This document shows, one piece after another, positions 26,579 through 39,900 of a stretch of DNA of 64,000 nt. The notes below the pieces were generated by a model. That model searched no databases. It saw only the letters and a list, made by a program, of their open reading frames with translations, and was not told the origin of the DNA. Source of the DNA: Balanoglossus misakiensis (Eukaryota > Animalia > Hemichordata); NCBI GenBank assembly GCA_040954595.2, contig CM082577.2, positions 16,995,903 through 17,059,902 on the forward strand. Reading direction: 5' to 3'. The position numbers were made by a program, and so were the translations under genes. The number at the start of each line of letters is the position of its first letter. Within the stretch, counting starts at the first letter, position 1.

Positions 26579-27806
26579 TGCCCTGAGGGCAACTCAGACA
26601 TTCATTTCATATGTTTATACATGTCATTGCATAGCATCTGCCCTGAGGGCAACACTATATCTGAGCTGCCCTCAGGGCAGACATACATTTCATATGTTTA
26701 TACATGTCATTGCATAGCATCTGCCCTGAGGGCAACACTATATCTGAGCTGCCCTCAGGGCAGACATACATTTCATATGTTTATACATGTCATTGCATAG
26801 CATCTGCCCTGAGGGCAACACTATATCTGAGCTGCCCTCAGGGCAGACATACATTTCATATGTTTGTACATGTCATTGCATAGCATCTGCCCTGAGGGCA
26901 ACACTATATCTGAGCTGCCCTCAGGGCAGACATACATTTCATATGTTTGTACATGTCATTGCATAGCATCTGCCCTGAGGGCAACACTATATCTGAGCTG
27001 CCCTCAGGGCAGACATACATTTCATATGTTTGTACATGTCATTGCATAGCATCTGCCCTGAGGGCAACACTATATCTGAGCTGCCCTCAGGGCAGACATT
27101 CATTTCATATGTTTATACACGTCATTGCATAGCATCTGCCCTGAGGGCAACACTATATCTGAGCTGCCCTCAGGGCAGACATACATTTCATATGTTTATA
27201 CACGTCATTGCATAGCATCTGCCCTGAGGGCAACACTATATCTGAGCTGCCCTCAGGGCAGACATACATTTCATATGTTTGTACATGTCATTGCATAGCA
27301 TCTGCCCTGAGGGCAACACTATATCTGAGCTGCCCTCAGGGCAGACATACATTTCATATGTTTGTACATGTCATTGCATAGCATCTGCCCTGAGGGCAAC
27401 ACTATATCTGAGCTGCCCTCAGGGCAGACATACATTTCATATGTACATGTATGTACATGTCATTGCATAGCATCTGCCCTGAGGGCAACACTATATCTGA
27501 GCTGCCCTCAGGGCAGACATACATTTCATATGTATGTACATGTCATTGCATAGCATCTGCCCTGAGGGCAACACTATATCTGAGCTGCCCTCAGGGCAGA
27601 CATACATTTCATATGTATATATACATGTCATTGCATAGCATCTGCCCTGAGGGCAACACTATATCTGAGCTGCCCTCAGGGCAGACATACATTTCATATG
27701 TATATATACATGTCATTGCATAGCATCTGCCCTGAGGGCAACACTATATCTGAGCTGCCCTCAGGGCAGACATTCATTTCATATGTACGTACATGTCATT
27801 GCATAG
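26579..27806 (+). repeat. 83-bp tandem array, ~14 units, each with two TGCCCTNAGGGCA palindromes
   Basis: Unit TGCCCTGAGGGCA-15 nt-TGCCCTCAGGGCA-42 nt. Confidence 0.95.
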
Positions 27807-28040
27807 TATATAGGCCAGGGTCATCATTTTACCCCTGTATACCCATTAACTCAATTGAGCACTAGTGTGTTTTAAAAACTTCAAGTACAAGTGACAAGAA
27901 CCAAGTTGTTTGTGAACAGTGATGTTTCTCTTCTTTTTAAACCTTATCAGGTACATAAATCTGTCATTGAATACACAATGTTGCTTATATTTTTTTTACT
28001 TATTTTAAAAGCTTTTCCAGATAAAGATATATACAACGAA

Positions 28041-31000
28041 ATGAATACCAAAGGTAAGTTTTTTCGCAGCCTGATGAATATTCCACTTCCTTAGTTGTGC
28101 TGTCAGTGATGCATATCTTGATATCAAAAAGTTGTTAATTTTAAACTTTTTCCAGTGCAAGCTTTTTTTAAAAGCAGTGGTTCAAAAGTATACACGTTCC
28201 TATAGTTATCTAATTCAGATTTGTTGTGATGGAGTATGCGATTTTTATATCATTAATATGAGGTTTATTACACAAATACTGCAAAGTATGCACGAGGACA
28301 TTTGCGCCAGTATCGCCCGATCGAAAAACCGCTCAGCTGAAACAGTGAGCAGCCATCTTTCTTTTTTGTTTACATGCGTTGGAGTGGGGGTGTCTTGAAA
28401 CCGTCCGCACAACAGCGTATTCCTGTACACGCTGAGTTGGGGAGCCTTGAAACTTAAGGCATATTTAACACGCGTTCCGTACGTACCGTTCCGTACGGCT
28501 TTGTTAGATTTTATGACATGGTAATTTACCTCACCCTTGTCGCTTCCATATACACACTCGGTCATTAATTTTTTTAGAAAAAATAGCAGTTTTCCTTTTA
28601 TTTTAGAAACAGTGCAGTGCCTATGGACATGTGAAGGAGGTGATAACACTATTCTTGGCAGTATTGGACCCCATACTATTACAGTGGGAACAATACGAAC
28701 TTTGAAACCTGGAAACTGGCTGGTAGATAACGTAAGTTGTGTTGTAAATTTTAAAAAAAAGATTGTCACTGTTTATTGGCGTAAATTGTCATACAGTTAT
28801 ACTGGTGGTATCACTGCGTGTTTCAGCATGCGCTCAAATGGATGTGGCCCATCATAACACATTACATAAGAATGCTGGTCATGACAATAGAACATTGTCA
28901 CAATTATTACATTGTATTTTTATTTTTTTATAGGCTGTTGATGCATATCTGTTCTTATTGCAAAAAGCCTTGCCACAGTCTTCAGTAAGTCATCACTATA
29001 ATATACTAATGCTCTTCACTGACTGTTTATATCTCTCACCTGGAGCGTGAATCGTCAGTGGTACAAACAAAACAATTGAAATATGCATGGACACATACAT
29101 GTATTCACTAGGCATTTAAGTTTCGTTTTTGTAAATCAACGCTGCTTAATAAATGATCAGACCTGACCTCCAGGTGTCACCATGAAAACAAACACTGCTT
29201 GCTAAACTCTGATGATATTGCCCCATGTGTGAAACTCTGATAACTGAATATTTTTATATAATATGCCCCCCCCTTCTATATATAAATAAATATATACACT
29301 GAATTCTCTCAACAGAATGCTGTTATACTACCCCATCACTTGTGTAGTGAAATAGTAATGGGAAAAAGGAAAACAGTTAAAAGGAAGAAAAAACTTGCGG
29401 TAGGATTTGCAGATCAAGTAGCCTTAGGTTACAAAATAACAAATTTTAGTAGTAGTTAGTAGTACCATCTCTTCTCACCAATAAAGGATATTTCGGGTTT
29501 CGGCAGCCTATTGTCTGTCAAGTGAAATAATTTGCTAAAGCTATTGTTAATTTGCAAAATAGGGTTGAGACACTGCCCATTGAATCATTTATCCTTGCTG
29601 CTAATCTGGGGTAATGGATCCGTAAGTGATTTGCTCAGATGATTTGAAAAGCAAAAAAAGAGCTCAGTTCGTTAAGATTTTCTCAGGTGTTTTCCTGACA
29701 TGCACTAGTATTCATGTACAGATAACTAACCTTCATTTTGAAGATTCTTGGTGAATTTTGATATTTTTTATTTACGATTCTTGTATTTTTAATTGTAGGA
29801 ACAAATAGCAGCAGCAGATAAAGTTGTAGGGGTTATTTACAACCCAGGCCACTGGACTGTCTTTGTAAGTGCGATGAATTTGTATTTACAGACTGGTAGG
29901 GTTCTGATTGAATTTTGTTTGACCAAAGTTTGCTTGGAGACAAATTTTAATTAAGATTTTAATGCAGTAATTATGCAATTGATATACATAAGTCACCTTT
30001 ACCTGTATCAATTCTAATTGAAATGATAACTCGGTTTCATTTGCTCTATCATTTTTACTTTTCATCAAATATGTCAATGTTTAGTGATGCGAAGAGGTTT
30101 TGATACACCCAATTCTTGATAATCACACATAAATCTATTGTATAAATATGTGCTCTGTGACCAAGAGGGTCATTGATGGCATTTTTGTTGTACTAATTGG
30201 TACTTGTTTTATGTACAGTGTGCTGATATGGTCAAGTGCACCTTTTGCCTCTTGGATCCATTACGTCAAGATAGGGACTTTAGACTTGAAATGAACAATT
30301 GGAGGTATGTACAGGAAATCATTTTTAGTCCTCATGGATGCAGTCTGGCGGGGACTTACAGATTGGGTCCTGTGAGTCTGTCTGTCAGCAGCTATTTCTC
30401 AGACACCCATGAACTGATTTTGTTAAAACCTGGCACATAGGCATTTTATTGTAGTGTCCGTGTGCATGTCAATTTATTTCAATTCAATCCAAGAAGGCTG
30501 CCAGGTGGCTATTTTGTTGTGAAATTTGGTTGCCTTTGGGCCGTAAATGAACTATCCCTAAACACATTTTGTTCAAAGTTGGTATAATAACATCTGGTGA
30601 GCACATCGCAAGGTACACTTAAAGCTTTAAAGAAAATATGAAAATGCATGTACTGCAAAAAGAATATGTCACAATTACACTTGATTGGCATAACTTTATT
30701 GTCATCTGTAATGGTTTTAACTTTCTTCAGTGAGTTTCTTGGCTATCTTGGACTGAAGAGGTCATGGAAGGCACTGAAGCTACCACATGACACTCAGCAA
30801 GATGGCTCATCATGTGGTGTGTATGCATTAGAGGTGAGTGTTTTGAATTGTATTTAGCTGCTCTGTTCACACAACAGTAGACTAACCCACTAGTCACTTG
30901 GCACTTTTTTGCCTGAAGATTCTTAACCAATTCTGTTGTTCTCTAATTATCTTACCATTTGTGTGGGGTTTCGTTACCTCTCACCAAGCCATCTCATAGC

Positions 31001-34000
31001 TTATATATTCACTAGTCACTCGCCATAATATCAACACGAAAAACACCTGAAATTTGCTTACTATACCATAGCATTATATAGCCAATACACTGGGAACAAG
31101 TGCCTGTCTTTCTTTTTATCTGTGTTCCATTAAACCCCCAGTAATACTGTCGTTAGGCTGTTTTCCACTAGTATTTTTTTCTGATAAGAACTGCCATGTT
31201 TTGATTATGGAGTCAATACACACTAGGACAAGTTTATTAGATATGTTTTAATGCAAATTATCTTTTTCTTTATGTGAAACCTGTGTTTAATTTTGGCAGC
31301 ACTAAATTGTGTGCACCAGCCTGATAATGAGTATCCATGTTTACAAATTTGTGCCGAGTATTGGGTGGAAATTTGTGACTTTCTTGTCGACAAATGATGT
31401 TTCAGAGAAAACATTCTGATGAATTCATTGAGTGTAGGAAAATTTACATGCAGGCCAGCTTTTAACGATGGAGTGAAAAGGCTATAATTATATTAGAAAT
31501 GTCATGGTATTTCCCTACAGTTTGCTGACCTTTTTCTGCAAGGGAAAAAGGTATTTAGTTTAGACAGACAAGACACACGATTGAAAATAGCAGTAAAGAT
31601 AGTAGCAGAGATCGGTAGGTGAAGCTCAGGGCTAGATAGTCTTTTGTACAATTACCAAGTGCATGTCGTGTTTTTATCTAATCAAAGGGACAATAGCGAT
31701 TTTTAGGTTATTTTTTTCAGTGTTTATGTAAAATTTGAAGGGGAAGTCTGGTCCAGCAGATTTCTACATAATTTTGTTGCTTTGAGATTACTCTTTCAGA
31801 AATAAAAACTTTTCGCATGAATACATCACACATTTTTTTACAATAACAAGGGAAAGTTGGCAGAATTTCCAATATGGTGTTTACTGTAATTTGAATCCTA
31901 GGGAAAACACGCCAAATCTAACTTCTGCCCAACATGATGTGGGTGATACCATTTTCCGATTGGTAAACAACTGCTCTTGATTGTTTATCAACTGCGCTGT
32001 AAAGTACAATCAGTTGCTATGCAAATACACCCAGACTGGCGTACACTGCAGTGACCTCAAAGCCAGCAAATTATGTAGAAATCAGCTGGACCGGACTTCC
32101 CTTTAAATTCACTGGTCAACATGACCAAGCTGATTGCACTTACACAAGCTGTGTTCAAAAGCTGTGTCATTCAAACATCTATTGTCTGAACTTATGATTC
32201 TAGGCTCACACTAATTATGATTTTTCCAGACTTATCTATTCAAATGTGTAGTTGACACAGAATTATAACTAACTCATGCAACTGCGATGTTATATTCACA
32301 ACCTACATTGTAATCTCTACTCTTTCTGTTCATAATCTCAACTACAGCAATTGATTGCACAATATAGTTTTGAAATTTTCATAAGAATCCTTTAAACATT
32401 AATATGTTTACCTTGTGTAAAAAATAGTATGGTTTTACTTTTAAGGCAGGAGACTGCCCAGTGTTATTACATTATTACCTTGTATGTTTTCTGTAGAATT
32501 TACATGCAGGTATAGGTATGGAAGAAACTATACTTCAAATGTTGTAAAATTGTTTCCGTACATACATTCTTCCCAACCCCACCACTTTTCCTTCACTGAG
32601 AATGCATTTATTAGGTTTGTGCATGTGATGCTGCATCTTTTTCCTACAAGTTAATATATGCCTGATCTTCTTTACACGCAGATTCCACCAAAAAAAGATG
32701 TCATGGATGTGGCAAGGGTAGCCCTAGGGTAAGCATCACTGAACTCCTAATGAAGTATCGGTAATAGTTTTGACTTTTTGGACATTGGTTTCATGGCTGC
32801 TGGCCATAGAGTGCATAGTCAGGAGAATCAACATCCAATGTTAAATACAAAAATGAATGCTTCAGAGTGACAAATTGCAGTTTTAGGGACATAATACGAC
32901 ATCTTACTAAATTGGGTCCATTTTATGACTGAGCTCACAAGCCAATGTGGTAAGCCTGCAGTGGCTTTGAATTGGTTAAATATCAAACTGGGGATAAAAT
33001 AATTGAGCATAACAATAAAATGCCATATACAAATATGTGAATGAGATTCATTTGTTATTTACATTTCAGATGTCATGTGTATCATGTGGCAGAAAGTACC
33101 ACACAAAGTGCCATAGGCAATTGAAATGCTTTATTTGTACAGTGACTTGTGGTAAGTAACTGCGATTTTTGGCTATTTGCAATATTTTTGTTCATGTTTC
33201 AAGTCCAGATACAGTTCTACTCGCTAATAGCATGACGAAATGCCCAGTTGTTAGAATATCAATGTAACATGTACCGTATATGGGTAATGGCCATTGTTAT
33301 TGTTGACAAATGAATTCAAGGCCAGACTAGAATTCAATTTTCAACAATAAAATTGCTGATTGTACACATAAAAGCTGTGTTGCAAAGCTAAATACTGGCA
33401 TTTATTCATGCTTTAGGCAGTCAAACAATAAATTGCAGTCCCTACCAGAAACAAAACATAACTTTCTATAGTTTTAGTTCATGTATTCTATAATGTTTCA
33501 ACATGGCTACGGGAGTAGACCAAATAACAATGGTTAAGACTCATGAATTGTGATCAAAAATCAACAAAACTTACAGCTGATGACCCTCAATTAAATGATT
33601 GCTCTCAAGTTCTTTCTCAGATATGATCTTGCATTATTTTTTGCTTTCGTTGATTCTGTCCAGTGGATACAGAAGACCGTTCTGGTGAAGAAGTTGCTGC
33701 CATCCAAAGTGTGGACAATCAAGCTGCCGATGGTAAGATCTTGTTAAATTTGTTTTGCTTATAACAGCGTTAAAACAATGTGGTCAGTAGTTGTACATAC
33801 TAGCTAACTTAAGTTGTGAACTATATCTAAAATTTCACACTTTCAGCCAATTTTTATATCTTTTGCCAATTTTGTTGGACTGTAACCAAGTTCTTTCTCA
33901 GATATGATCTTGCATTATTTTTTGCTTTCGTTGATTCTGTTCAGTGGATACAGAAGACCGTTCTGGTGAAGAAGTTGCTGCCATCCAAAGTGTGGACAAT

Positions 34001-36157
34001 CAAGCTGCCGATGGTAAGATCTTGTTAAATTTGTTTTGCTTATAACAGCATTAAAACAATGTGGTCTGTAGTTGTACATACTAGCTAACTTAAGTTGTGA
34101 ACTATATCTAAAATTTCACACTTTCAGCCAATTTTTACTTGCTGTTTACTTTCTGAAGAATGTTCCCATCAGTTGCATATTGTATCAACAACACTGTCCT
34201 GATCTCTACTGAAGGTGTGAAGAAAAAAAGAAGATGTATGTACGAAGTCCCCTCATTGTTGAAACTAGCGCATAACAAGAAGGCAAAAAGGTATGTAAGG
34301 CTAAAAGAAAAATATTGTTCCTCGTGTGATTTTTTTCGACAGAGGAACAGAAGCGGCAAGCAAAATGTTAATGTTGCTTTTTTGTTAAAAAAAAAAATCA
34401 AAATCAGAAAATGGATAAGCAGCAATCCCAAGGAACAATTCCATTTTTCTTCCTGGCCTAAGAATACTTTCACCACAATGACATGATTGCCAGGCAGGGT
34501 CTCCGTCTTTTATGATGACCTTATTCACCCTTGTTTGGTGGACGGAACATTTTGATATAGGCTTAACAAACTTTTTAAACTTTTCATGAATGCCACCTTA
34601 AAATATTGTCATAGATGATTTGTTTTAATTAAACATCACGCTGTTTCATTATTAATGTTTCAGGTATAATATTTCCGAAGATGAATTACTGAGAAGAACA
34701 GGGTCACCAGAAAAACTGTGCCCATATACAATAAATTCAATGATGAGATGCGCTAAGAGCAACATCAACAATTTAAAAGAAGATCTACGAGCCTGTGCCA
34801 TCCCTATTCATAAACAATCAACATTAACTTCCTCATTCACGAGGTTGTGTGAAGGTACGATTCACCTTGAAATAAAAACATTCAATGCTGCCTGTACCTA
34901 CATATGTTAACTAAGCCTAGATAGACGACTGTAAAACATGGTCTTATTTTAAGGGATGAGTTTGAATAGTATTATAATGTCATGCATTCACACATTTTCT
35001 ACTTAATAACCATTTAATACTTCTAAAAGTATATGTCTGCCCTAACATTATCATGCCGAGAAACGCAACCAAATGCTTGCATGCACTTCACTAAGTATTA
35101 TATCAGGGACCACACATCATGGGAGCTGCATGTATGTGTGTGTGTGTGTGAAAATTACTGCATATTGTCTTGTTGCTGCTGTTTACTTTTTTAGTAATGG
35201 GAACTTTCATTGTTTTCGTAATAGGTGAAGTTGAACACTTGTGTCAGGACTTTAAAAAAATGACTGGATCATTTATACATTTAGAAGAAACAGTTGAAGC
35301 CAACCAGGACAGACCAGAGGATAGCCTCAACAAAATGAATATGTTTAAGTGAGTATTAAAACATAAATAACAAACAATTATTCAATCTGAGATTCAGATG
35401 AAACGAGTGGGTAAAATTGGAAGGGAGAACCATACATTTGCCTCGTGACTTCAGAATTCCCAAGGGTAGAAAGCGCATCCCCACTTATGATCTTCCATTT
35501 TGTAATAATAATAAAAAAATATTTTTAACAGGGAGACCTTGAGTGACCTGTCCAAAAGGCTGATGGGTGCATGCCATGAGGCCGATTTGGTCACGCATGG
35601 CATGACCAGTGCAGTTGTGAGTACCGTTTCACAGTTGCTGTATGATGCTGCAGACTGTGAAAGGAAGGCATGTCTTGAAGTCCTGGTAAGTGTTAAGTTC
35701 ACATGTGATGTATTTAGTTTATTTTGCTGTGCTAAAATCTGTGGAATACTTGTGTCAATTTAGGGGTTAATTAAATTGAGCCATCCCTCTTTATGAGGAG
35801 TAGGATATACATTAGCTGAAGGATATATACAATATATACAGGCTTCGTTGCTCTAGACCTCTATGCCAGATGACACCCTGATCAATGTGTTCCACACCAA
35901 TACAAAATACACCTGTATTATGAGCATTTGAAAGTGTCACTTTTATCCACTGTGCAATAGAGAATAAGCTTGTTTTTGTTGTCTTTTAAGTGCGTATACA
36001 GTGCTTGGTGTAGTCGCAGCAATGCATTTTGGGATAATTGACAAATTACTATTAAAACTGACTAATTATTGTCACACTTTACATTCTGTAGACTTCCAAG
36101 AGAGGGAATGAAAGCGAAGGGTCAGCGGATCTAACTTCGCTGCCAGTAAAACAGTGA
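28041..36157 (+). CDS. Spliced Ulp1/C48 protease - PHD-like finger - AP-2 (TFAP2-like) domain fusion protein, ~513 aa
   Basis: Exons 28041-28053, 28607-28731, 28934-28984, 29316-29399, 29799-29864, 30219-30304, 30731-30833, 31521-31614, 32682-32728, 33070-33151, 33664-33732, 33945-34013, 34173-34290, 34664-34854, 35225-35348, 35532-35685, 36092-36157. All GT-AG and phase-compatible, 1542 nt, no stop. Motifs TLKPGNWLVDN, PGHW, LDPL, QQDGSSCGVY; C4HC3; AP-2-like C-terminus. AATAAA at ~36184 and ~36359. Confidence 0.85.
31739..32102. mobile_element. Kolobok-like MITE in an intron
   Basis: TIR AGGGGAAGTCTGGTCCAGCAGATTTCTACATAATTT versus its diverged reverse complement; flanks TTGA and TTAA. Confidence 0.65.
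33608..34137 (+). repeat. ~281-bp tandem duplication containing a 69-bp exon
   Basis: Identical exons at 33664-33732 and 33945-34013 with near-identical flanking intron. Confidence 0.9.
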
Positions 36158-36926
36158 TACTTGGAGCACCTGTTCAATCAAACAATAAAATATTGATTTT
36201 TTTTTCTATTGACAAAGGAAATGCACATGTTAATGTTCAACAGATTTGTCACATCAGTTGGTCAATTGCTTGTTCCCCCAATGTGTGACATTTGCAGTGC
36301 ATGCATACTATGATTTCCAAGACTTCAATTGTTATTATTCCTCAATATACTTTTCCTCAATAAAAGTAAAGTTTTTAAAAATGGTACAAATCATGGAGAA
36401 TTATGAGTAAAATATTTTATTGTGTACGCGTGAGCTAACAATATCTGCCAGGACAAAGTACTCAAGTAAGGCACACTTCACCAACATTAAAAAATAAAAC
36501 TTGTTTAATGACAAAACAGACTTCTGAAGCCCCAGCAGCTACTTCATACATTTCATGTTTAAACAATGTTCAGTTTTAATGGATACAGTCCAAATTACAC
36601 ACTAAACACTACATGACTAGTTTTATGTTATGGACCATAACAAGTAAAATCTTCAATTTGGTGAAGATAGCTAGGTGAAAACGTAATAGATCAACAATTC
36701 AACTGTTCCTGATATAGTGAACATTATGGAAAGTACATGCAGTTGCAAATGGGTGCTTAAAGTGACAATGCTCATCAGGAGACTAAACTGGCCAGTTTGT
36801 TTTCCTGATGAGTGAGTCCAGTGACTCACGAAACAACGTTGTAGAGATTATACCGCCTATCGTTTCTCCATGCAGCTACCCTTACTTTATATATTTATGT
36901 ATATATAAATACATACATACATGTGC

Positions 36927-39900
36927 TCAACGGTTTTTGCATGGTGTTATACGCCTTTTATTTGTCTTTACTTCATATTCTCTGTCTCCATCATGAGATG
37001 TGCATCTGATAGGTCTTTCAGAATTTCCACAAGATAAGTCATAGCTATGATCAGCTGAGTTTCTCTTTCTTTTAGTCCTATCAATATCTTTCCTATATGG
37101 ATGTAGTGGCTTTATGAGCTTTACCCTAGTTTGAACTTCAAATGTGGAAAAAGCTTCATTGTGAGCCTTTTCCAACAAACTCTTTAATGAAGGGGTATCC
37201 ACAAAATTCTCACTCAAACTCCAATTAAACAAATCCCTGATCATATCTGTTGAAGTCAGCTGGGCCTTGACATCACTACATATTGGTGGTTGCACTTGTT
37301 GACACAGATCGTCTGCTGCAGGTGCAACAAGTTCTGGCTCAGTGTCCTTGTTTCTATAGGCCCATGCTAGCATACACAAACACTTTTCACTGTAACTACT
37401 GGCAATACAGGAACAAGACATATGCTTAAGATCAATAACATTTAAATTGCCATTGTCATACACTGTAAATTGATCAGCCTCACACTTAAATGAGCCCGTT
37501 TGAATTATATTTTTCCCAATTTTGTCCCGCACGTTCAATATTTCAAAGCCAACATTTGATGAATGTAATTTAACAAACAACAGATGTTTACACAATTCTC
37601 CCTTTGAAAATGCCAGACATTCACATGTATACCTAATAAGGTCAACCTTATAGTGAAGGGATGCTGTCCTTTCAGATGGCACATCCCAAATACCATCTGT
37701 ATCTGTCATCTTCACACGCTTGTCATACCCTAATAGAAGCATTCTTTGTACACCCTCCTCGCTGCTTTTCTTCTTTATGGATAGTCTGCCAGCCAGATGC
37801 AACCCCTCAAGGTAACTAAAAGGTAAAACAAAGATTTTTACATACATTTACGAACATTTGGTCACACTCTCTTGGTGTTACATTTACATGATGTCAGTCA
37901 GCAAATTTCAGCAAAGTGGTTTCATATAAAATAAATGGCACTACCTGGAACATGGGGGAAATTTGGAATTGTGTGAAAAAAATGAATAAATATTGATAAA
38001 ATTATCAAATCGAGAAGAATACTAAGAAACAAATAGATGTAGCTTCACATGTGAGGGTCTGTGCATAGACAAATAGAGGGGGAAGACTCTACTGTCTATG
38101 GTCTGTGGTAATACACAACATTTTTGCTTACCTATAGTAGATTTCAACTTTTGTAGAAAGCAAGTTCAAGAGGTCATCAATTCTCCTATTTGCAATTCCC
38201 TTCAAAAACTGATACTTCATAGAATGGAAAAATCTGTAAAACAATGCCACAATTTAAATATCAATTCCATTTCTTCAAGCACATATATAATTATATCAAG
38301 TTCATGAAAACACTAGGTTAGTTTTGATCGAACTTTCAACATTGGACTTGATGTGATAAAAAAAACACATCCCGATCTCTCCTTTAGAATATTCTCTCAA
38401 AGATCTTCCAGAGAATGTTATGCTAGTGAGTAGTTCATAAATATACGCACTTCTGCAGCTAACTCATGAATATTCAAGGTAGATTCTCTGCATTTAGCAT
38501 TCCCAGTGTATACATATGTAAAAGCAGCGCATGATCATGTCAGAGATATATCTACATGGCTAATCAATTAAAAATCACAATTGACGGCCCTCTACTTTTT
38601 CCAAGAAGACTGAAATCATTCTTAACCTTTCTGCAATATTGTTGGTGTCTTGGCCTGCATGATAAATCCTCCGACCAAATTTGCTCCACATATGAGCCAC
38701 AGAAATCCACTGATCTGTTAAGTACTTTGAGACATGCTGACTCCCAATTTCTTTATCAATTGCACCAATAACAGCAAATGATGTCTTCTCAAAGTCTTCT
38801 TTCTGCAGAAAAAAAAGTGATATGGGTTTCTTAATAAGTAAATGTGAAACAAGCACCCTAGTGGCCAATCTTATTAGAACAGAAAAAGGGAGAACAGTGT
38901 CAGTTATAAATGAAAAAAATATGGAAAGTTTTGCTCCAAAATTTAGGCGAAAAAAATATGGCGGTCAAGTAATTCTTGAGCAGGTTTTAGAGAAGAAAAT
39001 TGCTGACGGACAGAAGGATGACAAGAGCCAATCAGCCCATATGATAACGTCCACGTCGCTGACAGCTGAGTGAAAAAATAGACAACTTTACTCATCCGAT
39101 TGGAAAGCTACCGGTATTTGTACTTACCGTAGTACATTCTTTCATTTTATACAAAGCATCAATGACGGTGTTCCTTTTCTCAAGATTTGACTGGCCTGAC
39201 AAACCACCTCCTGAAGTCTTCGTTAACCAACGATGAACTGCCTTTATTAATATAAAATTATATGGTAAAATATTAACAAATACCGTCAATGACAGTGTTG
39301 CTCATAATACCATCTTGATCAGGGGAAAAAAAAGATATTAACTCGATGAGTATTTTAAAACTTGCAGACTGAATAATTACATGAAAAAAACTTGAACATT
39401 GGTGTATGTTATCTGTTCATTTAATAAGTAACGTACTACGGAACTTTTATCTCTAAAACAACTTTAAGTTGTAGTGTCATTTTAGAGTCATATGCAGATC
39501 AGAGTGTATTAAATTCTGCTTGAACAAGTTGGCTAAACATTTCATAAATCTTGCAGTTGTCAGCATATTAAGACTGATAGCTGAAATCCATTGAGACCAA
39601 AAGTATCAGTGAGACAGTGACCAGAGAATTAAATCTAATGACCTACCTGCAATACATGGAACCAGCACAGTAGAATATCTGACTGTGGAAATACACTCTG
39701 TAGAGCTGCTATTTCTGTTGGGTCTTTATCAACCATAATCACTCTTTAAGAAATTAGAATTGTAATTGTTAATGCAACAAAACCCTTACCTTTTGGCATT
39801 TCTGTCACAGGGGTACTTGGATAGAACAGATATAAATTTGCTGAAATTGCATGTGTGTTCATTTGAATACAAGAGATCATAATATCAAAAAGCACAAATA

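Larger units (their letters stand above)
25989..27806 (+). repeat. Left long TIR (~590 bp unique outer part plus tandem array)
   Basis: Reverse complement of 41150-42873; landmarks in the outer ~600 bp map without indels (paired positions sum to 68862). Confidence 0.95.

Noticed and set aside
26864-27723. Repeated short ORFs (MYMSLHSICPEGN...), also at 41836-42241
   Set aside because: Translations of the 83-bp repeat with no coding signature.
26579-27806. CRISPR-like array of palindromic repeats
   Set aside because: The intervening sequences are repeated rather than unique spacers, there are no cas genes, the context is eukaryotic and the array is part of a TIR.
28041-36157. Host TFAP2 or SENP gene
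   Set aside because: It lies between TIRs with a TSD, is far more divergent than host AP-2 orthologues normally are, and has a non-host domain order; no gene symbol assigned.
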